From Candidatus Gottesmanbacteria bacterium (GTDB taxonomy: Bacteria > Patescibacteriota > Microgenomatia > UBA10105 > UBA927), in NCBI GenBank assembly GCA_963809665.1, contig CAWEKC010000001.1, forward strand, positions 94,209-158,208: a DNA stretch of 64,000 bases, given 5' to 3'. Both the position numbers and the translations under genes were made by a program. Below, piece after piece: positions 19,877 through 28,727 of the stretch. The notes beneath the pieces are model-generated. The model saw nothing but the letters and a program-made list of their open reading frames with translations, had not been told where the DNA came from and ran no database searches. Each line of letters opens with the position of its first letter. Within the stretch, counting starts at the first letter, position 1.

Positions 19877-20359
19877 ATGAAAGGTGGTGATATAGATATA
19901 AAAAATAATTTTGTTTTAATTATTATTCTCTCACTCCTTGTCGGTGGCGGTATTGGTTTCTTCGGCGGAATGCAATACCAAAAAGGTCAACGATCTGCGG
20001 CATTTGGACAGTTTACAAACGGCCAATTCGGAGCCCGCGCAGGTACCGGCGCGCTAGGACTGCGCGGGAGGAATGGGAACGGAGCCGTGGGAACGATTCT
20101 GAGTGCCGATGCCAATTCCATAACGGTCAAGCTCGCCGAAGGCGGCTCAAAAATAGTTTTGTTAACAGCTTCCACATCATTCAATAAAGCAACAGCGGCA
20201 ACGGCAGGTGATCTTGCTGTAGGCGGGACTGTCGCTGCATTCGGTACGGAAAATTCAGACGGAAGTATAACGGCAAGTAATGTTCAGTTAAATCCGCAGA
20301 TGCGTGGCCCGAACGGACCAAGTGGTTCAAGCGGAGCAAGCGGCGCGGCAACACCGTAA
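19877..20359 (+). CDS. Membrane-anchored DUF5666-like (OB-fold) protein
   Basis: TM GGGIGFFGGMQYQ, Gly-rich linker, GTILSADANSITVKL...DLAVGGTVAAFG...DGSITASNVQL. Confidence 0.75.
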   Translation: MKGGDIDIKNNFVLIIILSLLVGGGIGFFGGMQYQKGQRSAAFGQFTNGQFGARAGTGALGLRGRNGNGAVGTILSADANSITVKLAEGGSKIVLLTASTSFNKATAATAGDLAVGGTVAAFGTENSDGSITASNVQLNPQMRGPNGPSGSSGASGAATP

Positions 20360-20481
20360 GCATTTTCTCAGTTAAAGGTAGTAGTCTACCTTTGCTCCAC
20401 GTTCTTTTGAGCAGCATGAACGGACGCTTTGAAAGTATGTGAAGCGATCCGATAGTAAAGATGTATCGTGATCAAAGATGG

Positions 20482-20500
20482 CCCCGACGTAACGTCGGGG
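20482..20500. repeat. Palindrome CCCCGACGT-A-ACGTCGGGG (identical 17-bp core at 54288-54304)
   Basis: Perfect inverted repeat between convergent genes. Confidence 0.7.
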
Positions 20501-20513
20501 TTGTCGTATTTTC

Positions 20514-21200
20514 TCAACGTACCATCTTCTTCATCCATTCATGTGCGATGAATTCGGGTTTTCCGGTTTCGATAGCCTTAACGATTAATTTAGCAATATG
20601 CTCCGGAGGATCTGCCGGCGGGATTTTCCCTCCCCCGTCCCAGGATATCCGTATTTCTTTTCCTTTGATTGTATTCTTTTCAAAATTTGTATCCGTGATA
20701 TAGGGATAGATAACGGATACGGTGATATGATCTTCCTTTAATTCTTCACGGGCTGTGAGCGACAGACCGGCAAGCGCACGCTTGAGGGAAGAATATCCGC
20801 CCATATTGGGCAGAGACATGAGGGCAGTAGCACTGCTGATATTAATGATCACCCCACCCCCGACCTTACGCATGTACGGAATAACGAGCTGCATGGCCCG
20901 CAGCGGCCCGACAACATCAAGATTAAATATATCCTGAAATTTCTCCGGATCAAGATATTCAATCGCGCCGTCATACCCGCGGCCGGCATTATTCACCAAA
21001 ATATCTATACGTCCGAACCGTTTTATTGTGTTTTTAACTACCCGCTCAATATCGTGCGGTTTTGTCATATCCGCGACTACCGGACCGTGACGGGAAACCG
21101 ATACGACGGTTGCTCCTTTTTGAGCAAGCAACTGCGCCGTTGCTTTTCCGATACCGCTGGATGTACCGGTAACGATAGCGACTTTCCCTTTAGGATTCAT
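20514..21200 (-). CDS. Short-chain dehydrogenase/reductase (SDR)
   Basis: TGTSSGIG, NNAG, YSSLK; start set at MNPKGKVAIVTG (ATG 21200). Confidence 0.93.
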   Translation of the reverse strand: MNPKGKVAIVTGTSSGIGKATAQLLAQKGATVVSVSRHGPVVADMTKPHDIERVVKNTIKRFGRIDILVNNAGRGYDGAIEYLDPEKFQDIFNLDVVGPLRAMQLVIPYMRKVGGGVIINISSATALMSLPNMGGYSSLKRALAGLSLTAREELKEDHITVSVIYPYITDTNFEKNTIKGKEIRISWDGGGKIPPADPPEHIAKLIVKAIETGKPEFIAHEWMKKMVR

Positions 21201-21618
21201 ATGATGCCAGATCCCGGAGAATTTCTCCTGCGTGAACGGTGGGATTAACGTTCTTATAAAATTTAGTAATTTCACCCTTCGGATCAATGAGATATGTGAT
21301 GCGCCGCGTACCGAGCGGCCCCTGTGCATGGTACGCCTTAATTACTTCCTTTGATTCATCACTGAGTATCGGAAAATTCAGATGATACTTTTGGGCAAAT
21401 TTTTTATGGGAAGTTACGGAATCCTTTGATACGCCCAGAATAACCACTCCGTGTTTCTGAAGCTGGTCGAGCGAGTCACGGAACTTACACGCTTCTATGG
21501 TACAGCCGGGGGTGTCGTCTTTGGGATAAAAATACAGGACAATCCATTTACCCCGGTACTGTTTCAATGTGTGGACTGAATCGTTTTGATCATGCAGGGA
21601 AAAATCTTTTGTTTTCAT
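21190..21618 (-). CDS. bcp: Peroxiredoxin, BCP/PrxQ family
   Basis: YFYPKDDTPGCTIEAC. Confidence 0.95.
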   Translation of the reverse strand: MKTKDFSLHDQNDSVHTLKQYRGKWIVLYFYPKDDTPGCTIEACKFRDSLDQLQKHGVVILGVSKDSVTSHKKFAQKYHLNFPILSDESKEVIKAYHAQGPLGTRRITYLIDPKGEITKFYKNVNPTVHAGEILRDLASYES

Positions 21619-21660
21619 ATATATATTATACCGCTCCTTATCAAGGATCGGAGCTTATTC

Positions 21661-21691
21661 TCAGCAAATATTCAGTATGCTCAGGTATGGT
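21661..21691 (+). promoter_or_regulatory. Putative OmpR-family activator-dependent promoter (copy 3)
   Basis: TCAG(21661)-caaatat-TCAG(21672)-N10-TATGGT(21686), then 6 nt to ATG 21698. Confidence 0.6.
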
Positions 21692-21697
21692 AACCGT

Positions 21698-22198
21698 ATG
21701 AAAAAAGTCCTCCTCTCGGGTTTTGTTGTTTTTACCTTTATCGGGTATGCCCTGCAGCAACGGGTGGATACGGAACATATCCAGGCTGTTGTCCCCGCTG
21801 TTTTACCTGCCTCAACACCAATACCTCTGCAGCCGACATCCCAACCAACAGCCAGCCAGCCCACAGCCGGCACACCACCGCCCGTACCGACGGCGACACC
21901 CGCACAAACATCCGGTCAGTACCGGAACGGCCAATATACCGGGATTGTCGCTGATGCCTACTACGGAAACGTACAGGTGAAGGCAATAATAACAAACGGG
22001 AAAATTTCCGATGTTCAATTTTTGCAGTATCCCAATGACCGGCAGACTTCGCAGATGATTAATTCCCAGGCGATGCCGTACCTCACACAGGAAGCAATAC
22101 AGGCTCAGAGCGCACAGGTTGACGGGGTGACAGGCGCCACGGCAACAAGCCAGGCATTTATCCAATCGCTCTCGTCCGCACTTAGCCAGGCGAAATAA
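21698..22198 (+). CDS. Extracytoplasmic FMN-binding domain protein (ApbE flavinylation substrate)
   Basis: N-terminal TM, Pro/Thr/Gln linker, YRNGQYTG...YGNVQV..., VDGVTGATATS flavinylation motif. Confidence 0.92.
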   Translation: MKKVLLSGFVVFTFIGYALQQRVDTEHIQAVVPAVLPASTPIPLQPTSQPTASQPTAGTPPPVPTATPAQTSGQYRNGQYTGIVADAYYGNVQVKAIITNGKISDVQFLQYPNDRQTSQMINSQAMPYLTQEAIQAQSAQVDGVTGATATSQAFIQSLSSALSQAK

Positions 22199-22201
22199 TA
22201 T

Positions 22202-22936
22202 ATGAGACAGACGAAGTTAATTATGGATATGCCGGTCATTGTGGAAATTACAGATCACGATAAACAGGAAATCTTCAATTCACTGTTTGAATATTTTCAT
22301 TACGTAGATAACACATTCAGCACGTTTAAAAAAACGAGCGAAATTACTAAAATAAATACCGGAGTTCTCAGCGAATCGGAGTATAGTCCCGATATGAAAA
22401 CAATACTCCGTCTGGCCGGGCAAACGAAAAAGGAAACATCCGGTTATTTTGATATCCTACATGACCGCAAGATTGACCCGTCGGGTATCGTGAAAGGCTG
22501 GGCAATCCGTAACGCCGCAGAAATGCTACACCGCGCCGGCTACGCCGATTTTTATGTGGAAGCGGGCGGCGACATAGAAGTGTCAGGCAACAACCGTGAA
22601 GGAAAGGCTTGGACCATCGGCATTCGTAATCCCTTCAACGTACATGAAATAGTAAAACGAGTCGTACTTCATAATCTCGGAATAGCTACCTCGGGAACCT
22701 ATGAACGGGGAAAACATATATACAACCCAAAAACGGATTCTCCCGTTGATGAAATCGTCAGTCTCACCGTCATCGGCCCGAACATCCTTGATGCGGACCG
22801 GTATGCAACCGGAGCATTTGCCATGGGGCGTCAGGGGATCCGGTTTATTGAGACCCTGAAAGGTTTTGAGGGATATATGATAGACACGCACGGCGTTGCG
22901 ACATGGACGGGCGGATTCGGAAAGTATGTCGTATGA
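22202..22936 (+). CDS. apbE: FAD:protein FMN transferase (ApbE family), short form
   Basis: DPSGIVKGWA, EAGGDI, IATSGTYERG.HIYNP, ADRYATGAFAMG. Confidence 0.93.
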   Translation: MRQTKLIMDMPVIVEITDHDKQEIFNSLFEYFHYVDNTFSTFKKTSEITKINTGVLSESEYSPDMKTILRLAGQTKKETSGYFDILHDRKIDPSGIVKGWAIRNAAEMLHRAGYADFYVEAGGDIEVSGNNREGKAWTIGIRNPFNVHEIVKRVVLHNLGIATSGTYERGKHIYNPKTDSPVDEIVSLTVIGPNILDADRYATGAFAMGRQGIRFIETLKGFEGYMIDTHGVATWTGGFGKYVV

Positions 22937-24450
22937 ATGCAATTGATGAATTCTTAAATACAATAACGATGTACAGATTACTTCTGTACTACCTTATCAT
23001 CCTCGTTATCGTCGCTGCTTTTTTCTCACTGTTCGGCATATTATCATTTTCATTTTTTCCGTTTGTCATTTCCGTTTTGTTTCTGTTAGCCGTATCACTT
23101 CTCGTTAACGACGTTTTCGCACGCGTGTTTGAGGCACAGACAAATGTAGAATCCGTCTATATATCCGCACTCATTCTTGCCCTTATTATCTCGCCTGCCA
23201 ATACCCTTCATGGCCTGATATTTTTGGGATGGGCAGCGACACTGACGTGTGTCTCGAAATATATCCTCGCTATCGGCAAAAAGCACGTATTCAATCCCGT
23301 CGCAATTGCAGTAGTCCTTACCGCGTATATATTGGGTGATTCCGCATCGTGGTGGATTGCCACTCTCCCGATGCTGCCGGTCGTACTCGTCGGCGGCCTG
23401 CTGATTGTAAAGAAAATACAACGGACCGATTTATTTTTCAGCTTTCTTGCAACCGCGTCCGTCGTTATTCTTACGATTGCCGCTTTTAACGGGACCAACA
23501 ATCTTTCTATTTTCCGGAAAATATTCGTTGAATCCCCGATTATATTTTTCGCGTCCGTCATGCTTACCGAACCCCTGACGACTCCGCCTACTTCACGCCT
23601 GCGGATCTGGTACGGTATACTCGTCGGCGCGTTATTTGCTCCTCAACTCCATCTGGGACCCGTGTTCTCAACGCCGGAATTGGCGCTCGTTGTAGGAAAT
23701 ATCTTCTCATATATCGTCAGTCCCAAGGAAAAATTGATGCTCAAACTGAAAGAAGTAATACCGATCGGGCAAAACCAATATGAGTACGTATTTATCCCGG
23801 ACAAGCCGTTTTCATTTACCCCCGGACAATATATGGAATGGACTCTCGGACACTCCAGTCCCGATGACCGCGGAAACCGCCGGTACTTTACCATAGCATC
23901 TTCCCCTACCGAACGTGCTGTGCGCCTGGGTATCCGGTTTAATACGCCTCAGAGTTCATTTAAAAAATCGTTATTTACGATGGATATCGGCGGCAGGATT
24001 GCAGCAGGCCAGCGGAGCGGAGATTTTGTATTGCCGGAGAATCCGAAACAAAAACTTGTTTTTATTGCGGGCGGGATAGGTATCACACCATACCGGAGTA
24101 TGATTAAATATCTTCTCGATTCGAAACAACAACGGGATATCGTCCTCATTTACTCAAATAGAACGGCACCGGAAATTGTTTACCGCGATATAGTTGACCA
24201 GGCCCGGAACGCGTTGGGTATGAAAACGTTGTACGCTCTCACCGACCGCGAACATATACCGTCCGGTTGGACCGGCCGTGCCGGCAGGATTGACGGCAAT
24301 GTCATTACGGAGGAAATACCGGATTACAGGGAACGGTTGTTTTATATATCAGGACCAAGTTCACTGGTTGACGGGTTCCGGCAGATTCTCGGGGATATCG
24401 GGATTCACCGGAACAACATAAAAACCGATTTTTTCCCGGGTTTTGCGTAA
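22933..24450 (+). CDS. RnfD/NqrB-like membrane domain fused to an FNR-type FAD/NAD(P)H oxidoreductase
   Basis: Multi-TM N-terminal half with KHVFNPVA and MLTEPLTTP; C-terminal FTPGQY, RYFTIASSP, AGGIGITP, YISGP, DFFPG; ATGA overlap with apbE. Confidence 0.88.
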   Translation: MNAIDEFLNTITMYRLLLYYLIILVIVAAFFSLFGILSFSFFPFVISVLFLLAVSLLVNDVFARVFEAQTNVESVYISALILALIISPANTLHGLIFLGWAATLTCVSKYILAIGKKHVFNPVAIAVVLTAYILGDSASWWIATLPMLPVVLVGGLLIVKKIQRTDLFFSFLATASVVILTIAAFNGTNNLSIFRKIFVESPIIFFASVMLTEPLTTPPTSRLRIWYGILVGALFAPQLHLGPVFSTPELALVVGNIFSYIVSPKEKLMLKLKEVIPIGQNQYEYVFIPDKPFSFTPGQYMEWTLGHSSPDDRGNRRYFTIASSPTERAVRLGIRFNTPQSSFKKSLFTMDIGGRIAAGQRSGDFVLPENPKQKLVFIAGGIGITPYRSMIKYLLDSKQQRDIVLIYSNRTAPEIVYRDIVDQARNALGMKTLYALTDREHIPSGWTGRAGRIDGNVITEEIPDYRERLFYISGPSSLVDGFRQILGDIGIHRNNIKTDFFPGFA

Positions 24451-24460
24451 CGAATAGTTT

Positions 24461-24491
24461 TCAGCTTCTTCTCAGAAATGTGGTATACTAT
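24461..24491 (+). promoter_or_regulatory. Putative autoregulated promoter of the two-component system (copy 4)
   Basis: TCAG(24461)-cttcttc-TCAG(24472)-N10-TACTAT(24486); an overlapping TG-N-TATACT also present at 24481-24489. Confidence 0.65.
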
Positions 24492-24500
24492 AGCCTCACT

Positions 24501-25181
24501 ATGCGGATTCTTGTCGTCGAAGACGAACACAAAATCGCAAACTCCATAAAAAAAGGCCTCGAACAGGAATCGTATGCCGTTGACGTCACATATACGGGTA
24601 CGGACGGATTTGATCTTGCAAGTACCGAAGAATACGATGTCATCGTTCTGGACCTCCTTTTGCCGGGAATGGATGGCGTCACCATGTGCAAAAAACTACG
24701 GAGCGAAAGTATCAATACCCCGATTCTCATGCTCACCGCCAAAGGGCAAACTACTGACAAGGTCGAAGGTCTGAATGCCGGAGGAGACGATTATCTCACC
24801 AAGCCATTTGCGTTCGAAGAATTACTCGCGCGCATCCGGGCGCTGGTAAGGAGACCACGAAAAGCCGTCGGTACGACTCTCCGAGTCGAAGATTTGACGC
24901 TGGATACGTTATCATATGAAGTGAAACGGTCGGATAAAGTCGTTCAGCTTTCCAGCCGTGAATTTGCTCTTTTGGAGTATCTCATGAGACATCCCAACAG
25001 CACGCTTACCAAAGATCAGATCATCGGACATGTTTGGAATTATGATGCAGACATATTACCCAATACTGTAGAGGTGTACATCGGGTATCTCCGGAATAAA
25101 CTGGATAAACCGTTTCCGCGGGTGTCGCCGCTTATCCATACAATCCGCGGATTCGGGTATAAGTTGGGAAAAAATACCTAA
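24501..25181 (+). CDS. OmpR/PhoB family response regulator
   Basis: VVEDE, LDLLLPGMDG, DYLTKPF, winged helix NTVEVYIGYLRNKL...TIRGFGY. Confidence 0.96.
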   Translation: MRILVVEDEHKIANSIKKGLEQESYAVDVTYTGTDGFDLASTEEYDVIVLDLLLPGMDGVTMCKKLRSESINTPILMLTAKGQTTDKVEGLNAGGDDYLTKPFAFEELLARIRALVRRPRKAVGTTLRVEDLTLDTLSYEVKRSDKVVQLSSREFALLEYLMRHPNSTLTKDQIIGHVWNYDADILPNTVEVYIGYLRNKLDKPFPRVSPLIHTIRGFGYKLGKNT

Positions 25182-25182
25182 T

Positions 25183-26184
25183 ATGTTTCGTTCAGCCCGT
25201 ATTAAATTAACAGCCTGGTATCTCCTGATTATCATGCTCGTGAGCGTGTCTTTTAGTGCGGCTATTTTCCGCGTCCTTACGACTGAATTGGACCGCATCG
25301 TGCAGGTTGAAAGATTAGAGCTGGAACATAGATTTCCTCAATTTCCTATTTTATTAAATCCTGATCTCCTGGCAGAGACAAAACAACGTCTTTTATTCAG
25401 ACTCGTGGTTATAAATTTGCTGATTTTAGCCGGATCGGCATGGGCCGGCTATTTACTCGCAGGACGCACATTAAATCCAATCAAAGATATGGTTGACGAA
25501 CAAAACCGTTTCATTACCGACGCGTCTCATGAACTGCGCACACCACTCACATCCCTCAAATCCGAAATTGAAGTGAATTTGCGGGACAAGAACCTTTCAC
25601 TCGACCAGGCAAAAAATTTACTCAAAAGTAATCTCGAAGAAGTGAATTCCCTTCAGGTTTTATCCGACGGTCTTATCCGGCTGACGCAATATCAAAAAGG
25701 GCACAGCAATTTGTCAATTGATGATGTGTCCCTTGCCGATGTTTCACGGGAAGCCGTCCGTAAAGTGACAAACGCCGCCAAAGAAAAAAAGATAACGATT
25801 GTCAATGACATCCCCTCTGCCCATATTCAGGGAAATCAAACCGCCCTGATTGAACTGCTCGTTATCTTTTTGGATAATGCGATAAAATACAGCCCGAAAC
25901 AAAGTCCGGTCCGGTTATCCAGTAAAAAGTCAGACGGCCGCATCCGTATCGTCATCGCCGATGGCGGTATCGGGATTGCCGAAAAAGATGTCCCGCATCT
26001 TTTTGACCGTTTTTACCGCGCTGATAAATCAAGAACGAAAACTGACGTATCAGGCTATGGATTGGGACTGTCTATCGCAAAACAAATTGTAGACCAGCAT
26101 AACGGAAGTATACGGGTAACAAGTAAATTCAATAAAGGCACAACGTTCACGATAGAACTTCCGCTAAAACATCATGACCTCTAA
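25183..26184 (+). CDS. Sensor histidine kinase (2 TM, short extracytoplasmic loop)
   Basis: DASHELRTPL H-box, DNAIKY, DGGIGI, FDRFYR, GYGLGLSIA. Confidence 0.96.
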   Translation: MFRSARIKLTAWYLLIIMLVSVSFSAAIFRVLTTELDRIVQVERLELEHRFPQFPILLNPDLLAETKQRLLFRLVVINLLILAGSAWAGYLLAGRTLNPIKDMVDEQNRFITDASHELRTPLTSLKSEIEVNLRDKNLSLDQAKNLLKSNLEEVNSLQVLSDGLIRLTQYQKGHSNLSIDDVSLADVSREAVRKVTNAAKEKKITIVNDIPSAHIQGNQTALIELLVIFLDNAIKYSPKQSPVRLSSKKSDGRIRIVIADGGIGIAEKDVPHLFDRFYRADKSRTKTDVSGYGLGLSIAKQIVDQHNGSIRVTSKFNKGTTFTIELPLKHHDL

Positions 26185-27199
26185 ATATTTATTAGCAGTG
26201 TTTCTTGTAGTAGTTGCCGCATCTGCCGGATTTTATTATTTCCGGAAACAACCGGTAGCACCGGATACCGCGTCTACTCCCGTTGCTTCAACGGAAAATC
26301 CGTTATCCATTGCCGCTATGCGCGCCCGTTCGTATCCCGGAAGCGATCTCGTTATCGAGCAAACGCTTGCTGATGGCAGTAATTACCATCAATATATCGC
26401 TTCCTATATGTCCGACGGTTTAAAAATTTACGGCTTGCTGACCGTTCCCGACGGCACAAAGCCGCCGACCGGGTGGCCGGTTATCATCTTTAACCACGGA
26501 TATATTCCGCCGGCGCAATACCGTACAACAGAACGATATGTCGCATACGTTGATGCTTTCGCGCGTGATGGGTATATCGTTTTTAAATCCGATTATCGCG
26601 GCCACGGCAGTTCCCAGGGCCAGCCGGAAAGTGCGTACTATTCTCCTGCATATGCGGTTGATGTACTCAATGCCCTTGCGTCCGTAAAACGGTATAAAGA
26701 CGCGGATCCTAACCGTATCGGCATGTGGGGACACAGTATGGGAGGGAATATCACGCTGCGGGATATTATTGTTGATCCCAAAGACATAAAAGCGGCGGTC
26801 ATCTGGGGCGGCGTCGTGGGATCGTATTACGATCTTACGAATAACTGGCAGCGGCGGGTGAGCTACCGGCCTCCCCCTCCGGAACTTGCTAACCGCAATA
26901 GCGGAAGGCAACAGTTCATATCCATGTACGGCCCGCCTGCCACGTCATCGGCATTTTGGCAATCTATAGATCCCACTGCACATCTAACCGACATAACAGC
27001 CCCCATACAGCTTCATACCGGCGGGGCGGACGAGGAAGTGCCGGTATTATTTTCCCAAAATTTATTTACATCTCTCCAAAAGCTGGGAAAAATTGCAGAA
27101 TACTATAACTATCCCGGCGGGGATCATAATATATCTTCGCCGGATTTTGAAGTTGCCATGCAGCGGTCCGTTGATTTCTTTAATACATACCTGAAGTAA
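26174..27199 (+). CDS. Exported alpha/beta hydrolase, S9 peptidase-like
   Basis: GHSMGG nucleophile elbow, DEEV, GGDH; signal anchor. Confidence 0.9.
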   Translation: MTSKYLLAVFLVVVAASAGFYYFRKQPVAPDTASTPVASTENPLSIAAMRARSYPGSDLVIEQTLADGSNYHQYIASYMSDGLKIYGLLTVPDGTKPPTGWPVIIFNHGYIPPAQYRTTERYVAYVDAFARDGYIVFKSDYRGHGSSQGQPESAYYSPAYAVDVLNALASVKRYKDADPNRIGMWGHSMGGNITLRDIIVDPKDIKAAVIWGGVVGSYYDLTNNWQRRVSYRPPPPELANRNSGRQQFISMYGPPATSSAFWQSIDPTAHLTDITAPIQLHTGGADEEVPVLFSQNLFTSLQKLGKIAEYYNYPGGDHNISSPDFEVAMQRSVDFFNTYLK

Positions 27200-27246
27200 C
27201 ACCTCGTACTTGAATCCTGACGGGAAAAACTGGATACTAAGGCTAT

Positions 27247-27756
27247 ATGCAGAGATCGGTTGCACGCCTTAAAGGAATCGGATTTATTATCTGGCATGCC
27301 AGACATGAATTTTATCATGTGCTTCTGGGACTTATGTGGGCGTGGTTTCTGAGGGAAATTTGGCAGCAATTTAACACCCGTTGGATCACCATATCAGTCA
27401 TCGGATCTCTCATTCCGGATCTTGACCATTTCTTCTATTTTTTCGTTTATGGAAAGAAAGACGTCTATACCAAACAGGTATTAAGCTTTTTAAAAGGCCG
27501 TGAATGGCGGATACTGACGAAATATCTTGAAACAGGGCACAAATATCAGACTGATCTTGCTACCCACAATTTTTATTTCGTGTTATTTCTCTTCCTTGTG
27601 TCTCTCGCATCATTTTTCTATGACTGGAAAGTGGGTGTTATACTGTTCGGCGCAATGCTCACACATTATCTGTTCGACATTTGTGATGATATCCTGACCC
27701 TTGGGTATGTTAATGTTAACTGGAAGCGCGGATGGAAACGTTTTAAAACGGATTAG
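27247..27756 (+). CDS. Membrane-bound metal-dependent hydrolase (YdjM-like)
   Basis: H...GSLIPDLDH...TH...HYLFD pattern. Confidence 0.75.
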   Translation: MQRSVARLKGIGFIIWHARHEFYHVLLGLMWAWFLREIWQQFNTRWITISVIGSLIPDLDHFFYFFVYGKKDVYTKQVLSFLKGREWRILTKYLETGHKYQTDLATHNFYFVLFLFLVSLASFFYDWKVGVILFGAMLTHYLFDICDDILTLGYVNVNWKRGWKRFKTD

Positions 27757-28727
27757 AAACGACGCCTGTTCATCCTAAGCAATAAGTAAGCGCCGATGCC
27801 GGCACACACAACCCCGAGAGCAGTTGCCCCGATCATAATATAACCAATGGGTGAAACCGATCCGCCGACCGGGAGCGCGGGCGTAATAAATTCCACCGGT
27901 ATGGGGGTAGGCGTATCCGCACTTACCTCAGGTGTGTCCGTCAGGATGACGTCCGACTCAACGGGCAAACTTCCCGACGTATCTGCCGGTCCGGGTGTCG
28001 GCGTGGAAGCCACACCTGCAATAGCGGATAGTTCGTTTGATAAGTTGCCCGGTGTGCAACCATTTACGGCACGGACGGCAAAAAAATATTTCTTTCCCGT
28101 CGCGAGACCCCCGACGGTAAACGCTGTCGTCCCCTGCCCGCCCATATTGGGCACTCCGTATATATAATTTCCTGATGAGAGACCGTAAGAAAGCAGATAA
28201 TATGTCACGGGATTAGCTGCATCTGCCCAAGTAAGCGTAATTGCGTGAGCACCTGACGATTCTGCGGAGGTCAATTGCACGGTACTTCCCGGCGCTGTAT
28301 CCGTACACGCACCGGGTGCCGGAGTCGGGGTGGGAGTCGGGCTAGCCGTGCCCGGCTGGAAAAACAAAACAGACCATGTCAGCTGAGTATTGCCTGTTGA
28401 CACGTCGGTCACGGTAATCTGGACGGATCCGACCGTCGTCGTTTTCATTTGCGTTGTGATAGTTCCTGAGCCGTCAAGCGTCAGAGATGACGGGTTAAAT
28501 GACGCAGTTGAGTCAGACGAAGTTATATGTATGGAATCGTTTGACGTTACTGTATTCCCGCCGGCATCTTTGAGGACAATGGTAACCGTAGACACGGAGG
28601 AGCCATCTGCCGCGGCGGCGGTACTGGTTATCGTCGATTTCGTCTGATCCGGAGGATTGCCGGCAAATACCGGCAAACAGATAGCAAAAAAAATAGGTAG
28701 AAATAAAATATATACGAGCCGTCTCAT
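27753..28727 (-). CDS. Surface protein: invasin/Big_1 Ig-like domain plus fibronectin type III domain, C-terminal TM
   Basis: ADGSSVSTVTIVLKDAGGN (Big_1), ITLTW...YLLSYG...GLATGKKYFFAVRAVNGC (FN3), PT linkers; start MRRLVY at 28727. Confidence 0.8.
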   Translation of the reverse strand: MRRLVYILFLPIFFAICLPVFAGNPPDQTKSTITSTAAAADGSSVSTVTIVLKDAGGNTVTSNDSIHITSSDSTASFNPSSLTLDGSGTITTQMKTTTVGSVQITVTDVSTGNTQLTWSVLFFQPGTASPTPTPTPAPGACTDTAPGSTVQLTSAESSGAHAITLTWADAANPVTYYLLSYGLSSGNYIYGVPNMGGQGTTAFTVGGLATGKKYFFAVRAVNGCTPGNLSNELSAIAGVASTPTPGPADTSGSLPVESDVILTDTPEVSADTPTPIPVEFITPALPVGGSVSPIGYIMIGATALGVVCAGIGAYLLLRMNRRRF

